NCBI GenBank assembly: GCA_963822965.1
Contig: CAWGJT010000006.1
Coordinates: forward strand, 288,001-352,000
Reading direction: 5' to 3'
Source of the DNA: an uncultured delta proteobacterium
Lineage (GTDB): Bacteria > Myxococcota_A > UBA9160 > UBA4427
Length of the DNA: 64,000 nt
Shown: piece by piece, positions 40,725 to 50,580 of the stretch
How the letters are laid out: each line of letters starts with the position of its first letter
Position numbering within the stretch: position 1 is the first letter of the stretch
Translations under genes and position numbers: made by a program
Notes under the pieces: model-generated
The model's database searches: none
The model's input: only the letters and a program-made list of their open reading frames with translations
What the model was told of the DNA's origin: nothing

Positions 40725-41975
40725 CTACAGATCGAAGCTGCCGGCCTCGAGCAGCTCCCGGATGCGGTGCAGGAAGCCGTTCGCCCCGGCGCCGTCCACG
40801 GCGCGGTGATCGTACGACAGCGCCAGGTGCATCATCGGGCGGATCACGATGGCGTCGGCGCCGTCGATGCTGCGGACCACTGGTCGCTTCACCAGCTCGC
40901 CCATGCGGAGGATGCCCACCTGGGGCTGGTTGATGATCGCGAAGCCGTAGAGGTTGCCGGTGCGGCCGGGGTTCGAGACGGTGAACGTGCCGCCCCGCAG
41001 CTCGTCCGGGCCGATCCTGCGGGCGCGCGCGCGACCGGAGAGCTCGGCGATGGCGAGGGCCAGCCCGGCCAGCGAGAGGCGATCCGCGTCGCGCACCACC
41101 GGCGCCAGCAGGCCCTTCTCGGTCTCCACGGCAAAGGACAGGTGGATGCCGCGCCGCTCGACGATCGCGTCTCCCGCCACCGAGACGTTGAGCGCCGGAA
41201 ACTCGCCCAGCGTCCGCGCCACGCAGTGGGCAACGAAGGGCAGCACCGTGAGCGAGGTGCCGTGTCGTTGCTGGAAGGCGTCGCCGTGACGCCTGCGGAG
41301 CGCGGCGACCGCGCCCAGATCGACCTCGGCGACGGTGCCCACGTGGGGGCTCGTGTGCTTCGAGTAGACCATGTGGGCCGCGGTCAGCCGGCGCTGGACC
41401 GACATCGGGACCACGCGATCGCCCTCCTCCAGCTCGAGCTGCAGCTGCGGGAGCGACGCGGTGGGCGCGGCCAGAGCCCGGCCGGCGCTCTCGGCCGGCG
41501 CGAGCGCGTCGTCGGGCCCCTCCGCGGCCTGCTCCCGCCGGGCGGCATGGGACAGCACGTCGGACTTCGTGACCCGTCCCGCGCTCCCGCTGCCCTGGAT
41601 CTCGCCCAGGGGAACGTCGCTCTGGGCGGCGAGGCGGCGGGCGACGGGCGTGGCCCGGGTCGCTCGGGCATCGGGCGCCTCGCGGGCGGGCGCCGGATCC
41701 CGGAAGACCGGGGAGGCGTCGGGCTCGCGGCTCGCGGGCGCCTCGTCCAGGATCGCCAGCTCGGCACCCACCTGCACCACGCTGCCCTCGGTCGCGAGGA
41801 TGCGCGTGACGACACCGGCGACCGGCGCGGGGATCTCCGCGTCGACCTTGTCGGTCGTCACCTCGCAGAGGGGCTGGTCCACCTCCACCCGGTCGCCCTC
41901 GGCGACCAGCCAGCAGGACACGGTCCCCTCGACGACGCTCTCGCCGAGCGCCGGCAGCTTGACCGGAATCGACAT
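40725..41975 (-). CDS. 2-oxoacid dehydrogenase E2 (dihydrolipoamide acyltransferase)
   Basis: Lipoyl domain EVTTDKV, E3-binding ATPVARRLA..GRVTKSDV, catalytic SYDHRAVDG. Confidence 0.94.
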   Translation of the reverse strand: MSIPVKLPALGESVVEGTVSCWLVAEGDRVEVDQPLCEVTTDKVDAEIPAPVAGVVTRILATEGSVVQVGAELAILDEAPASREPDASPVFRDPAPAREAPDARATRATPVARRLAAQSDVPLGEIQGSGSAGRVTKSDVLSHAARREQAAEGPDDALAPAESAGRALAAPTASLPQLQLELEEGDRVVPMSVQRRLTAAHMVYSKHTSPHVGTVAEVDLGAVAALRRRHGDAFQQRHGTSLTVLPFVAHCVARTLGEFPALNVSVAGDAIVERRGIHLSFAVETEKGLLAPVVRDADRLSLAGLALAIAELSGRARARRIGPDELRGGTFTVSNPGRTGNLYGFAIINQPQVGILRMGELVKRPVVRSIDGADAIVIRPMMHLALSYDHRAVDGAGANGFLHRIRELLEAGSFDL

Positions 41976-42008
41976 CCGGCTCCCCCTCCTTCGCGATCCT
42001 GAGAGCAC

Positions 42009-42036
42009 GAATCGGCCGAACCCCGCGTCATCTTGA
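42009..42036 (-). promoter_or_regulatory. Sigma28-like promoter upstream of E2-lipB
   Basis: Minus strand TCAAG-N15-GCCGATTC. Confidence 0.45.
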
Positions 42037-42141
42037 CGAGCGCGGCGAGACGGCACGGATGGGGCGCCGCCGGCCCGCCGCACGGCCGAGCCCGGCAATC
42101 GCGACGGGGCCGAGCCCAGGACCGGCCGCGCAGCCGAAGTC

Positions 42142-42750
42142 TCAGCGTCCGGTGGGAGGCGAGAGCTCGTCGATCTCACGGTGTCGCCCGTCGGCGGGCA
42201 CCCGCTCGAGCTGGATCCGCTGCTGGAGCTTCATCAGGCCGTCGAGGACGGCCTCGGGGCGGGGCGGGCAGCCCGGCACGTACACGTCCACCGGGATGAT
42301 CCGGTCGATGCCCTGCAAGGTGGCGTAGTTGTCGTAAGGACCGCCGGAGCACGTGCACGCGCCGAAGGCCATCACCCACTTGGGCTCGGCCATCTGGTCG
42401 TACACGGTCTTCAGGATCGGCGCCTGCCGGTGGGTGATCGTCCCGACCACCATCAGCAGGTCGGACTGCCGGGGCGAGAAGCGCGGCAGCGCGCAGCCGA
42501 AGCGGTCGATGTCGTAGCGCGGTCCGGCGGTGGACATGAACTCCATCCCACAGCAGGCCGTCACGAACGGATAGAGGAACATCGAGTACTTGCGTGCCCA
42601 GCCGATGACGGACTCGAGCCGGCTGGTCTGGAAGGAATCGGCCCCCTGACGGAGCAGCTCCACCACGCGCTGCTCGTGGGGTCTCTTCGCGTCCCGGGCC
42701 ACCGGTCGCCCGGTCAGCCCGGCCAGGAGCTCGCCTGCCTCGGATGTCAC
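42142..42750 (-). CDS. nuoB: NADH-quinone oxidoreductase subunit B
   Basis: ACCGMEF, SPRQSDL, QMAEPKWV..GAC, PVDVYVPGCPPRPE. Confidence 0.96.
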   Translation of the reverse strand: MTSEAGELLAGLTGRPVARDAKRPHEQRVVELLRQGADSFQTSRLESVIGWARKYSMFLYPFVTACCGMEFMSTAGPRYDIDRFGCALPRFSPRQSDLLMVVGTITHRQAPILKTVYDQMAEPKWVMAFGACTCSGGPYDNYATLQGIDRIIPVDVYVPGCPPRPEAVLDGLMKLQQRIQLERVPADGRHREIDELSPPTGR

Positions 42751-42867
42751 GCCCCCCCCTGTCTCTACTCCGCCGACTCACGCCCGCTCGCGCAGCCCCG
42801 CGGCAAGGATAGCGGCTCTGATATCGTAGGCTTCCGGACGGGATCCTGGACGAACGAGGAGGTCAGC

Positions 42868-43593
42868 ATGAGCGCCACCGGCAGCCGCCCGGTCACGCCC
42901 GTGCGCCTGGTCCTCGCCTGGGGCGTCCACCTCTTCACCGCGAGCGGCGCCGTCGCGGGCGCCCTGGCGCTGCTCTTCACCTGGCAGGCCGATTTCGGCA
43001 ACGCCGCCCTGCTGATGATCGCGGCCCTGATGATCGATGCCGTCGACGGCACCCTGGCCCGGGCCGTCGGCGTGAAGGAGGTGCTGCCCGACATCGACGG
43101 CCGGCGTCTCGACGACATGGTCGACTTCCTGAACTTCGTGATCGTGCCGGTGGTCTTCATGGCGAGCGCGGGCTGCCTCCCCGGCTGGGGCTGGGTGGTG
43201 CCCCCGATCCTCGCGAGCGCTTACGGGTTCTCCCAGGCCGACGCGAAGACCGACGACCACTTCTTCCTGGGCTGGCCTTCGTACTGGAACGTCGTCGCCC
43301 TGTATCTGTGGCTGCTGGACTTCTCGCCCGCCGCCGGCGCCTTCTGGGTCATCGGGCTCAGCTTCGCGATCTTCCTCCCCTTCAAATACGTCTACCCGAG
43401 CCGCCTCGCCCGGCCCGTGTTCCGCCACACGCTGAACGGCGGCGGCACCATCTGGGCCCTCGTGCTGGTGGCGGCGATCCTGCGTCCCGAGCTGGCCGAG
43501 CGCCTCTACCTCGTCGAGATCTCCCTGGCGTATCTCGTGTACTACATGATCCTGTCCATCTGGCTCGGGGACTGGAAGAGCGGATGGGCGTGA
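42868..43593 (+). CDS. pcs: Phosphatidylcholine synthase (CDP-alcohol phosphatidyltransferase)
   Basis: VHLFTASG, DAVDGTLAR..VKEVLP..G..LDDMVD, KTDDHFFLGWP..WN match the Pcs family. Confidence 0.8.
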   Translation: MSATGSRPVTPVRLVLAWGVHLFTASGAVAGALALLFTWQADFGNAALLMIAALMIDAVDGTLARAVGVKEVLPDIDGRRLDDMVDFLNFVIVPVVFMASAGCLPGWGWVVPPILASAYGFSQADAKTDDHFFLGWPSYWNVVALYLWLLDFSPAAGAFWVIGLSFAIFLPFKYVYPSRLARPVFRHTLNGGGTIWALVLVAAILRPELAERLYLVEISLAYLVYYMILSIWLGDWKSGWA

Positions 43594-44738
43594 CCGGCGC
43601 GGATTCCGGACAGCGCACGGGCGTGCTGCTGATCAATCTGGGCACCCCCGACTCCCCCTCGGTGCCCGACGTGCGGCGCTACCTGGCCGAGTTCCTCTCC
43701 GATCCGCGCGTGCTCGACATCCATCCCGTGGGTCGGGCGTTGCTGCTGCACGGCGTGATCCTGCGGACCCGGCCGCGCCGATCTGCCGCCGCTTATGCGC
43801 AGATCTGGACGCCCGCCGGCTCGCCGCTGCTGGTGGAGAGCGAGAAGCTGCGGGACGCGGTGGCGGACCGGCTCGGAGCGGGCTTCCGGGTGGAGCTCGC
43901 CATGCGCTACGGGAGCCCGTCCATCGAGGCGGCGCTCTCGAAGCTCCTGTCCGAGCGGCCGGAGCGGATCGTCGTGCTGCCCCTCTTTCCCCAGTACGCG
44001 AGCGCCGCCACGGGCTCCGCTCTCGCTCGGGTCTTCGAGGTGCTGGAAGAGCTGGAACGGCCGAGCGCCGGTGCGCCGCCGCAGGCGGGGCGCGCGCGAC
44101 CGGAGATCCGAACGGTTCCGGCGTTCTACGACGACCCCGGCTGGCTCTCGGCGTGGCGCGACGTGGGCCGGGAGCCGATCGCGGCCTTCGCCCCCGACCA
44201 CGTGCTCTTCAGCTTTCACGGGCTGCCCGAGCGACAGATCCGCGCCCTGGACGCCAGCGGCGGGCACTGCTTCGCGAGCGCGGGCTGCTGCGACGCGGTG
44301 GGACCCGTCAACCGCGCCTGCTATCGCGCCCAGTGCTTCGCGACCAGCCGGGGGCTCGCGCGCTCCCTCGGGCTCGCCGCGACGCCCTGGTCGGTGAGCT
44401 TCCAGTCCCGGCTGGGGCGCACGCCCTGGATCCGACCCTACACGGACGAGGTGCTACCGGCACTGTCCGCGGACGGCGTCCGGCGTCTGGCCGTGCTGTG
44501 TCCCGCCTTCGTGGCCGACTGTCTCGAGACCCTCGAGGAGATCGACATCCGCCTGCGCGAGCAGTGGCGCGAGCTCGGCGGTGAGGACATGCTGCTGGTG
44601 CCGTGTCCCAACGCCCACCCGACGTGGGCGACGGCCGTGGCCGAGCTCGTCCGCCGACACGCCGCGCCCACGAGCCCCGCCGAGCCGCGCGCCCTACCGA
44701 CGCGCCCGTCCACCCCGAACCTCGAGGTCCCAACATGA
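43590..44738 (+). CDS. hemH: Ferrochelatase, [2Fe-2S] type
   Basis: LLINLGTPD, AMRYGSP, FSFHGLP, FQSRLGRTPWIRPYT, FVADCLETLEEI; C-X5-CC-X9-C insert. Confidence 0.96.
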   Translation: MTGADSGQRTGVLLINLGTPDSPSVPDVRRYLAEFLSDPRVLDIHPVGRALLLHGVILRTRPRRSAAAYAQIWTPAGSPLLVESEKLRDAVADRLGAGFRVELAMRYGSPSIEAALSKLLSERPERIVVLPLFPQYASAATGSALARVFEVLEELERPSAGAPPQAGRARPEIRTVPAFYDDPGWLSAWRDVGREPIAAFAPDHVLFSFHGLPERQIRALDASGGHCFASAGCCDAVGPVNRACYRAQCFATSRGLARSLGLAATPWSVSFQSRLGRTPWIRPYTDEVLPALSADGVRRLAVLCPAFVADCLETLEEIDIRLREQWRELGGEDMLLVPCPNAHPTWATAVAELVRRHAAPTSPAEPRALPTRPSTPNLEVPT

Positions 44739-45412
44739 GCGAGATCGTACGAAGCGAGCTGCGAGACCAGGTGGCCGTCGTCCACTTCGACGACGGCAAG
44801 GCCAACGCCTTCTCCCTGGCCAGCATCGCCGGCCTGAACGCGGCGCTCGACCGCGCCGAGAAGGAGGCCCGCAGCGTCGTCCTGGCAGGACGGCCGGGAC
44901 GCTTCTCGGGCGGCTTCGACCTGTCGGTCATGCGGGGCGGCGACGGCGGGGCGGTGCGGGAGCTGGTGCGGGCCGGCGCCGAGCTGGTCTTGCGCCTCTA
45001 CGACTTTCCGGCGCCGGTGGTGGTCGCCTGCACGGGACACGCGGTCGCCATGGGCGCGGTGCTGCTCCTCGGCGCCGACCTGCGGATCGGCGTCGCCGGC
45101 GACTTCAAGATCGGCCTGAACGAGGTCGCCATCCGCATGACCCTGCCTCCGTTCGCGATCGAGCTGGCCCGGGACCGGCTCTCCCGCCGCCACTTGCAGC
45201 GGGCCACGGGCCTGGCCGAGCTGTACGCACCCGAAGACGCCGTCGACGCCGGATTCCTGGACCGGGTGGTCGCGGCCGACGCGCTTCTCGAGGACGCCGT
45301 GGCAAGCGCTCACGGGCTCGCGTCCCTGGACCCGCAGGCCCACCATGCCACCAAGCGGAGCCTGCGAGGGGAGACCCTGACGCGGCTGCGCGAATCCCTC
45401 GGCCCGCTCTGA
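44735..45412 (+). CDS. Crotonase/enoyl-CoA hydratase family protein
   Basis: DDGKANA, FSGGFDL, GHAVAMG, IGLNEVAI. Confidence 0.9.
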   Translation: MSEIVRSELRDQVAVVHFDDGKANAFSLASIAGLNAALDRAEKEARSVVLAGRPGRFSGGFDLSVMRGGDGGAVRELVRAGAELVLRLYDFPAPVVVACTGHAVAMGAVLLLGADLRIGVAGDFKIGLNEVAIRMTLPPFAIELARDRLSRRHLQRATGLAELYAPEDAVDAGFLDRVVAADALLEDAVASAHGLASLDPQAHHATKRSLRGETLTRLRESLGPL

Positions 45413-45465
45413 GCCGGCGGGGCGGCGGACCGTGCGGGGCCCGTGCGGGGCGAGCTCCGCACCTC

Positions 45466-46869
45466 CTAGGCGCCGGCGCTGCGCCGGCGCTCGAGGATGC
45501 GGGCGGCGGCGGCGGCGCCGCTCGCCAGGGTGTCCGCCACCGAGACGCCGGCCAGGTAGGAGCCCGCCAGGCTCAACCCGGGTAGCCCTTCCAGCCGCCG
45601 GCGGATCTCGGCGACCCGGCGCGTGTGCTCGGGATCGGGCTGCGGAATCGCCCGCGGCCAGCGCCGCAGCGCCACCACCCGAGGCGAGCCCGAGAGCCCG
45701 AGGCAGCGGTCGAGGTCGGCGAGGGTGCTCGCGACGATCTCGTCGTCGGCCAGCCCCACCGCCTCGGGCCAGCGCACTCCCCCCTGCATGCAGTGCAGCA
45801 GCTCCCGACCCTTGGGCGCCCGGCCGGCGAAGAGGCGGCTCATGAACAGGCAGCCCAGGAGCCGCAGGCCTTCGGCCCGCGGCACGATGAACCCGAAGCC
45901 CTCGATGGGCTCGCGAACGTCGGCCGGATCCACGCCGAGCCCGAGCGCCACGATGGGCGCGTACTCGATCCCGTCGAGGAGCTCCCCGGCGTCGGGATCC
46001 ACCGCCCGCAGCATCTCGGCGGCGGCGAACGCCGGCGTCGCCACCACCACCTCACGGGCGTGGATGCGCTCCTCGCCGTCCGGTCCGGAGAGCTCGGCCC
46101 ACCAGCCGGCGTTCTCACGAGCCAGACGCTGCACCCGGGTGCCCAGGCGGAGCGGCTCGGGCAGCGCGGCCGCGATGCGCGCGGCGAACGCGCCGAGCCC
46201 CTCCGCGGCCGACCAGGTTCCCGGGCGCCCGCGCGGGCCGGGCGGCCGGCGGCGGAGGAGCCGAGCGAGCCCTCCGCGCAGGAGCGAGCCGTGGCCGCGT
46301 TCCAGCTCGGCCAGGGCGGGAAAGACCGCCTCGACGCCGAGCCTGCGCTCGTCGCCGGCGTACACGCCCGTCAGGAACGCTCCCACGAGGCGGGCCGCCA
46401 CCTCGGGACCGAGCCGCCGGGCGACGAACTCGTGCACCGACTCGCTGGTGGGGTCGCCGCGCCGCACGAACGGCTCCGCGAGCACCCGGAGCTTGCCGCG
46501 GGCCGAGAGCAGCGGGGTCGAGAGCGCGGAGATCGGCCCGTGCGGCAGAGACACCAGGCGGCCATCGTGGAAGAGCGCGCGCCTCCGACTCTCGGGGGTG
46601 GCCGCGACCAGACCGGCCCAGAGGTCGTGGCGATCGGCGAAGTCGCAGAAGCCGGGCTTCGCCTGGAAGGTGTTCGGTCCGGCCTCGATCCGGTAGCCGT
46701 CGACCTCGTCCGTCTGCATCACGCCGCCCGGCTGCCGGCCCGCATCCACTACCAGGGGGTGCAGCCCGGCGGTGGCGAGATCCCGCGCCGCGGCCAGACC
46801 CGCGATGCCGGCACCCACCACGAGCACCTCGACCTCGCGCGAGCTCCCCGGAGCGGCGGTCATGCTCAC
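45466..46869 (-). CDS. hemY: Protoporphyrinogen oxidase (HemY type)
   Basis: VGAGIAGL FAD motif, EAGPN, GVYAGD, GFGFIVP, WPRAIPQ; downstream of hemE; alternative ATG at 46863. Confidence 0.9.
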   Translation of the reverse strand: MSMTAAPGSSREVEVLVVGAGIAGLAAARDLATAGLHPLVVDAGRQPGGVMQTDEVDGYRIEAGPNTFQAKPGFCDFADRHDLWAGLVAATPESRRRALFHDGRLVSLPHGPISALSTPLLSARGKLRVLAEPFVRRGDPTSESVHEFVARRLGPEVAARLVGAFLTGVYAGDERRLGVEAVFPALAELERGHGSLLRGGLARLLRRRPPGPRGRPGTWSAAEGLGAFAARIAAALPEPLRLGTRVQRLARENAGWWAELSGPDGEERIHAREVVVATPAFAAAEMLRAVDPDAGELLDGIEYAPIVALGLGVDPADVREPIEGFGFIVPRAEGLRLLGCLFMSRLFAGRAPKGRELLHCMQGGVRWPEAVGLADDEIVASTLADLDRCLGLSGSPRVVALRRWPRAIPQPDPEHTRRVAEIRRRLEGLPGLSLAGSYLAGVSVADTLASGAAAAARILERRRSAGA

Positions 46870-47915
46870 GCCGGCACGAGGGCCCGGGCCGCGTCGGTGA
46901 AGGCGCGCACGCCTTCGACGGGGGTGTCGGGCAGACAGCCGTGGCCCAGGTTCAGGATGTGTCCGCGCGCCGGCCGACCGGCCTCGGCCAGCTCGCGAAC
47001 CCGCTCGAAGATCACGTCCCGCGGCGCGTGCAGCGCGCAGGGATCGAGATTGCCCTGGAGGCTCACCCGCGCGCCGTGACGCTTGGCCACCGCGGCCAGG
47101 TCGACCCGCCAGTCGAGGGAGATGACGTCGCTGCCCGCAGCCACCATCTCGTCCACCACATGGGCGCCGTCGTTCACGTAGAGGATGAGGGGTGCGGCGG
47201 CCCGATCCACCCGGGCGACGATCTCCCGGTGGCCGGGGAGCACCCACTCCCGGTAGTCGGCGGGCGACAGCAGTCCGGCCCAGGTGTCGAAGAGCTGGAC
47301 GACCTGGGCGCCCGCCTCGATCTGGGCATTCAGGTAGTCGACCGTCAGATCCGTGAGCAGCGCGAGCAGGGCGCGCAGGGTCTCGGGCTCGGTGTGGAGG
47401 AGCCGCTTCAGGCTCGAGAAGCTGCGGGAGCCCTGCCCTTCCACGAGGTAGGCGGCCAGGGTGAACGGCGCCCCCGCGAAGCCCAGCAGCGGGATTCCGC
47501 GGCTCGCGAGCTCGCGACGCAGCACACGCAGGATCTCGAATACGAAGGGAACGCTCTCCCGGGGGTCGGGCGTGCGCAGGGCATCCACCTGGGCCCGGGT
47601 ACGGATGGGATCGGCGATCACGGGGCCCGGCCGGAAGTCCACGTCCACGCCCAGAGCCGGGATCGGCGTGAAGATGTCCTGGAACAGGATCACCGCCTCG
47701 GCGCCCACCAGGTCGATGGGCTGCAGGGACACGCTGACGGCGCGCTCGACATCCCGACACATCTCGACGAACGAGACGCCTTCTCGCACCCGCCGATACT
47801 CGGGCAGGTAGCGGCCCGCCTGACGCATCAGCCAGACGGGCGGCCGGTCGACCGGCTCGCCCCGGCAGCTGCGAAGCATGCGCTGCTCGGGCGTGAAGCC
47901 CGCGGCGGAGGCCAT
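46866..47915 (-). CDS. hemE: Uroporphyrinogen decarboxylase
   Basis: PVWLMRQAGRYLPEY, GFAGAPFTLAAY, QGNLDP, NLGHG. Confidence 0.97.
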   Translation of the reverse strand: MASAAGFTPEQRMLRSCRGEPVDRPPVWLMRQAGRYLPEYRRVREGVSFVEMCRDVERAVSVSLQPIDLVGAEAVILFQDIFTPIPALGVDVDFRPGPVIADPIRTRAQVDALRTPDPRESVPFVFEILRVLRRELASRGIPLLGFAGAPFTLAAYLVEGQGSRSFSSLKRLLHTEPETLRALLALLTDLTVDYLNAQIEAGAQVVQLFDTWAGLLSPADYREWVLPGHREIVARVDRAAAPLILYVNDGAHVVDEMVAAGSDVISLDWRVDLAAVAKRHGARVSLQGNLDPCALHAPRDVIFERVRELAEAGRPARGHILNLGHGCLPDTPVEGVRAFTDAARALVPA

Positions 47916-48010
47916 GCGGGCGGGCTAGCCCCGATCCGTCGTGCGGATCGGGGCGCGGCTCCCGAGGCGGACGGGATCGACGCATCGGCTGGACCCGTGC
48001 GGACGGAGCA

Positions 48011-49135
48011 CTAGTAGCCCGAGAGCCGTGCCCAGCGGTCGCGGTGCCAGGCCGAGTCGCCGAACGTCAGCTCCGCGGCCCGGGCCCGCTTCAGGTAGAA
48101 GCCGATGTCGTACTCGTCGGTCATGCCGACGCCGCCGAACATCTGCACGCCCTCGTTGCCTGCGAGCACGTAGGTGTCGGAGCAGCGAGCCTTGGCGAGG
48201 GACACCAGCTTCGGCAGCTCCGGGTCCTCCTCGTCGATCGCCCGGCTCGCCGCCATCACCGTCGAGCGCGACAGCTCGATCTCGATGAAGAGCTTGGCGG
48301 CGCGGTGCTTGAGGGCCTGGAAGGAGCCGATGCGTACGCCGAACTGCTCGCGCTCCTTCAGATAGGCGAGCGTGAGATCGAAGGCCTGGGACATGCCCCC
48401 GAGCATCTCGGCGCACAGGCCGACCGTGGCGCGATCGACCACCTGCTCGACGACGGCGGCGGCCTGCCCCGCCTCGCCCAGCAGGGCCTCGGGACCGACG
48501 GAGACGCCGTCGAGGGTCACGGTGGCCGCGCCGCGGGAGTCCATGCGGATCTGCCGGGTGCGGCTCAGACCGGCGGCGTCCGCCGGAACCAGGAAGAGCG
48601 AGACGCCGCCGTCGGTCAGGGCCGAGACCACGATCGCGTCGGCGGCGTGCCCGTCGAGGACATGGACCTTCTCGCCGTGAAGCCGGAAGCCGCTGCCGTC
48701 CTTCTCGGCGCGCGTCTCGATGCGGTTCACGTGGTAGCGGCTCTTCGCCTCCTGGTAGCCCAGGGCGAGGAGCTTCTCGCCGTTCGCCAGCGGCGTGAGC
48801 CATTCCTCCTGCTGGCGCTCGTCGCCGGCGAGCAGCACCGCCTGTCCCCCGAGCAGCACGCTCGAGAGGAAGGGCTCGGGGGCCAGATTGCGGCCCAGGG
48901 CCTCGAGCACGACCACGAGCTCGGCGAAGCCCATGCCGGCGCCGCCGACGGACTCGGGAAACGGGATGCCCACCCAGCCGAGCTCCGCCATCTGCTTCCA
49001 CAGCTCGCGCGAGAAGCCGGCGGGGTCCCCGCTGTCGCGCAGGGCGCGCATGCGGCTCACCTGCGACTGCTCCTCGGCGAAGTCGCGCGCGGTCTTGGCG
49101 ATGAGCTCCTGGTCTTCGGTCAGTGCGAGTGCCAC
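48011..49135 (-). CDS. Acyl-CoA dehydrogenase, small/beta-type subunit (PimD/ChsE-like)
   Basis: REQFGVRIGSFQALKH, QMFGGVGMT; C-terminus ELTFGD lacks the canonical catalytic Glu. Confidence 0.88.
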   Translation of the reverse strand: MALALTEDQELIAKTARDFAEEQSQVSRMRALRDSGDPAGFSRELWKQMAELGWVGIPFPESVGGAGMGFAELVVVLEALGRNLAPEPFLSSVLLGGQAVLLAGDERQQEEWLTPLANGEKLLALGYQEAKSRYHVNRIETRAEKDGSGFRLHGEKVHVLDGHAADAIVVSALTDGGVSLFLVPADAAGLSRTRQIRMDSRGAATVTLDGVSVGPEALLGEAGQAAAVVEQVVDRATVGLCAEMLGGMSQAFDLTLAYLKEREQFGVRIGSFQALKHRAAKLFIEIELSRSTVMAASRAIDEEDPELPKLVSLAKARCSDTYVLAGNEGVQMFGGVGMTDEYDIGFYLKRARAAELTFGDSAWHRDRWARLSGY

Positions 49136-49231
49136 GTGGATACCTCTCTGGGGATCGCCGGTCCGTGGATCGGCGGTGGTATGCCGCTCGGGGGGGACGC
49201 CGGCCGCCGCCTCGAGCGGGGCCGGGCGCGC

Positions 49232-50434
49232 TCAGTCGGGCAGCCCGAGCACGCGCTTGGCGATGATGTTGAGCTGGATCTCCGACGTCCCGCCCTCGAT
49301 GGAGTTGCCCCGGGTGCGCAGCCAGGCACGCGTCAGCTCGAGCTCGTCCTCGTCGAAGCCGTTCCCCTCCCAGCCGACGGCCTGGGGCCCCGTCAGGCGG
49401 ACCAGCACCTCGTGGCGGCGCATGTTGGTCTCGGTGCCGTAGATCTTGAACATCGAGCTCTCGGGTCCGGGCTGATGGCCCGCGCGCGCCGCGTCCCGGG
49501 CCCGCTGGATGGTGAGCCCGAAGGCGCGCGTATCCATCTCGCTCTGCGCGATGTCGTCGCGCAGGACCGGATCGTCGATGCGGCCCTCGCGGTCGAAGCC
49601 GACGTAGCGATCGGCCAGCTCGACGAACCGGCTGCGTCCCTTGCGGGCGGCCCCTCCCCCGCCGAAGGTGTCGGCGATCATGCTGCGCTCGTGGCCGAGC
49701 AGGGCCTTGGCCACCGTCCAGCCGCCGTTGATCTCGCCGATCACGTTCCGGACGGGAACGCGGACCTGATCGAAATACGTCTCGCAGAACGGGGACTTGC
49801 CGCTGATCAGGAGAATCGGCTTCACGGACACGCCCGGGCTCTCCATGTCGATCAGGAGGAACGTGATCCCCTCCTGCTTCTTCGCCTTCGGGTCGGACCG
49901 CACGAGCGCGAAGATCCAGTCCGCCTGGTCGGCGTAGGACGTCCACACCTTCTGCCCCGAGATCACGAACTCGTCACCTTCCCGCACCGCGCGCGTCTGC
50001 AGCGACGCGAGGTCGGAGCCAGCGCCCGGCTCCGAGTAGCCCTGACACCAGCGGATCTCGCCGCGGGTGATGCGCGGCAGGTGCTCCTTCTTCTGCTCCT
50101 CGTTGCCGAAGCGCAGCAGCGTCGGGCCGATCATGGTGAGCCCGAAGCCCACGAGCGGCGGCGGAATGCGCAGGCGTGCCATCTCCTGGGCCAGCACCTT
50201 GGCCTCCTCGTTCGAGAGGCCGCCGCCGCCGTACTCCGTGGGCCAGGTGGGCGCGGTGAAGCCCTTCGCGGCCGCCGCGTCGAGCCAGCGCTTCGCGTCC
50301 GGATTCGGATAGGTGGCCTTGCGGCCGCCCCAGTTGCCCTCGAGCTCGGTGACCGGCACGCCGCGAAGCGACTGGGGGGCGTTGGCGTCCAGCCAGCGCG
50401 CGGTTTCGGCGCGAAAGCTCTCGAGATCGGCCAT
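49232..50434 (-). CDS. Acyl-CoA dehydrogenase, large/alpha-type subunit (PimC/ChsE-like)
   Basis: [44 protein letters not shown]. Confidence 0.92.
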   Translation of the reverse strand: MADLESFRAETARWLDANAPQSLRGVPVTELEGNWGGRKATYPNPDAKRWLDAAAAKGFTAPTWPTEYGGGGLSNEEAKVLAQEMARLRIPPPLVGFGLTMIGPTLLRFGNEEQKKEHLPRITRGEIRWCQGYSEPGAGSDLASLQTRAVREGDEFVISGQKVWTSYADQADWIFALVRSDPKAKKQEGITFLLIDMESPGVSVKPILLISGKSPFCETYFDQVRVPVRNVIGEINGGWTVAKALLGHERSMIADTFGGGGAARKGRSRFVELADRYVGFDREGRIDDPVLRDDIAQSEMDTRAFGLTIQRARDAARAGHQPGPESSMFKIYGTETNMRRHEVLVRLTGPQAVGWEGNGFDEDELELTRAWLRTRGNSIEGGTSEIQLNIIAKRVLGLPD

Positions 50435-50580
50435 GGGGGTCTCCTCCGGATTGGACGTTCGGGCGCGGCGTTCGGGCGGCTGGGCGGGTGCTCGCCCGGG
50501 CTTCGTTCGATCGCCGAAGGATTCTGCTCCGCGCGGAGGCGCCTCGCAAGGCGGGTGGCCTGCCCTGCTACCCTGGCCGC

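Noticed and set aside
37536..42750. Group 4 NiFe hydrogenase
   Set aside because: The large subunit lacks both CxxC Ni-binding motifs and has the NuoD quinone-site His/Tyr residues.
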